A DNA stretch of 6,899 nt from Paraphysomonas bandaiensis (Eukaryota; Protista; Chrysophyceae). Under the pieces are notes generated by a model. The model saw nothing but the letters and a program-made list of their open reading frames with translations, ran no database searches and was not told the origin of the DNA. A program made the position numbers and the translations under genes. Position 1 is the stretch's first letter. Every line of letters begins with the position of its first letter. The stretch covers positions 1 to 6,899 of the forward strand of contig CBFFRP010000101.1 in the NCBI GenBank assembly GCA_965644295.1. The letters run 5' to 3'. Below, in pieces: positions 6,560-6,899 of the stretch.

Positions 6560-6791
6560 TGTTGTGATTATTAGAGTGTAAGTAATGAACACGATAGAGT
6601 GAAAATTATAAATAACAATATAGGACGTACTATCATGCACAACGGAATAGTTAGAAGTGTAACTGATAATGACGACGTTATGATGACGATCACGTATCTT
6701 CGACAGATACTCTCTCTAATTCAGTTCATGGTATATTTCATTGAACATTATAACTCACAGATACAATCATGTATTAAGCTGAATCCTAATA
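6560..6791 (-). mobile_element. LTR-A copy 2 (232 bp): 3' LTR of a minus-strand copia-like element extending beyond the right edge
   Basis: The minus strand reads ...ATTGAGGGGGCG|TATTAGGATT...AATCACAACA, i.e. a classic copia-type PPT directly before the LTR. About 99% identical to 1857-2087. Confidence 0.85.
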
Positions 6792-6803
6792 CGCCCCCTC
6801 AAT
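6792..6803 (-). other. Polypurine tract (ATTGAGGGGGCG) of the LTR-A element
   Basis: Plus-strand CGCCCCCTCAAT abuts the end of the repeat. TTGAGGGGG-type PPTs are typical of Ty1/copia elements. Confidence 0.8.
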
Positions 6804-6899
6804 AAAATAATCAGTGAACCGTAGATTATTGACTAATGACCATTTTCAGATGATTAAGATCGTTGTAAGAGAAGTTTAAGTTAGTCAAACTAGATAGAT

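Noticed and set aside
1857-6791. A single intact LTR retrotransposon between the two LTR-A copies
   Set aside because: No PBS, no correctly oriented internal PPT, no outer TSD and no gag/pol of its own. The internal copia remnant is on the opposite strand and has a different LTR.

Overview
AT-rich, transposon-dense eukaryotic window. A stramenopile host (oomycete/diatom/chrysophyte-like) is inferred only from the element types; the GTG/TTG starts in the ORF track are probably artefacts. From left to right: (1) a C-rich degenerate segment (~87-1700) with repeated R/K-P-P-D motifs and an (ATT)n tail, probably the 3' end of a non-LTR retrotransposon. (2) A 231-bp LTR copy (LTR-A, minus orientation). 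(3) A minus-strand ankyrin-repeat ORF. (4) A 168-bp PIF/Harbinger (Tourist-like) MITE with perfect 20-bp TIRs and a TAA TSD. (5) A ~2.2-kb CryptonS-like tyrosine-recombinase transposon bounded by GTATACC direct repeats; its N- and C-terminal coding parts are stop-free but the catalytic domain is missing. (6) A decayed plus-strand Ty1/copia RT/RNase H end (ADIFTKAL) with PPT and a 448-bp 3' LTR (LTR-B) carrying an internal tandem duplication. (7) One base further on, a second, ~99% identical LTR-A copy with a minus-strand PPT, i.e. the 3' end of an element running off the right edge. The most notable points are the catalytic-less Crypton with visible ends and paired binding motifs, an ankyrin reading frame that rejoins once the MITE and Crypton are removed, and two near-identical LTRs bracketing the co-oriented ankyrin gene. 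All family calls rest on motif recognition; no database search was run.
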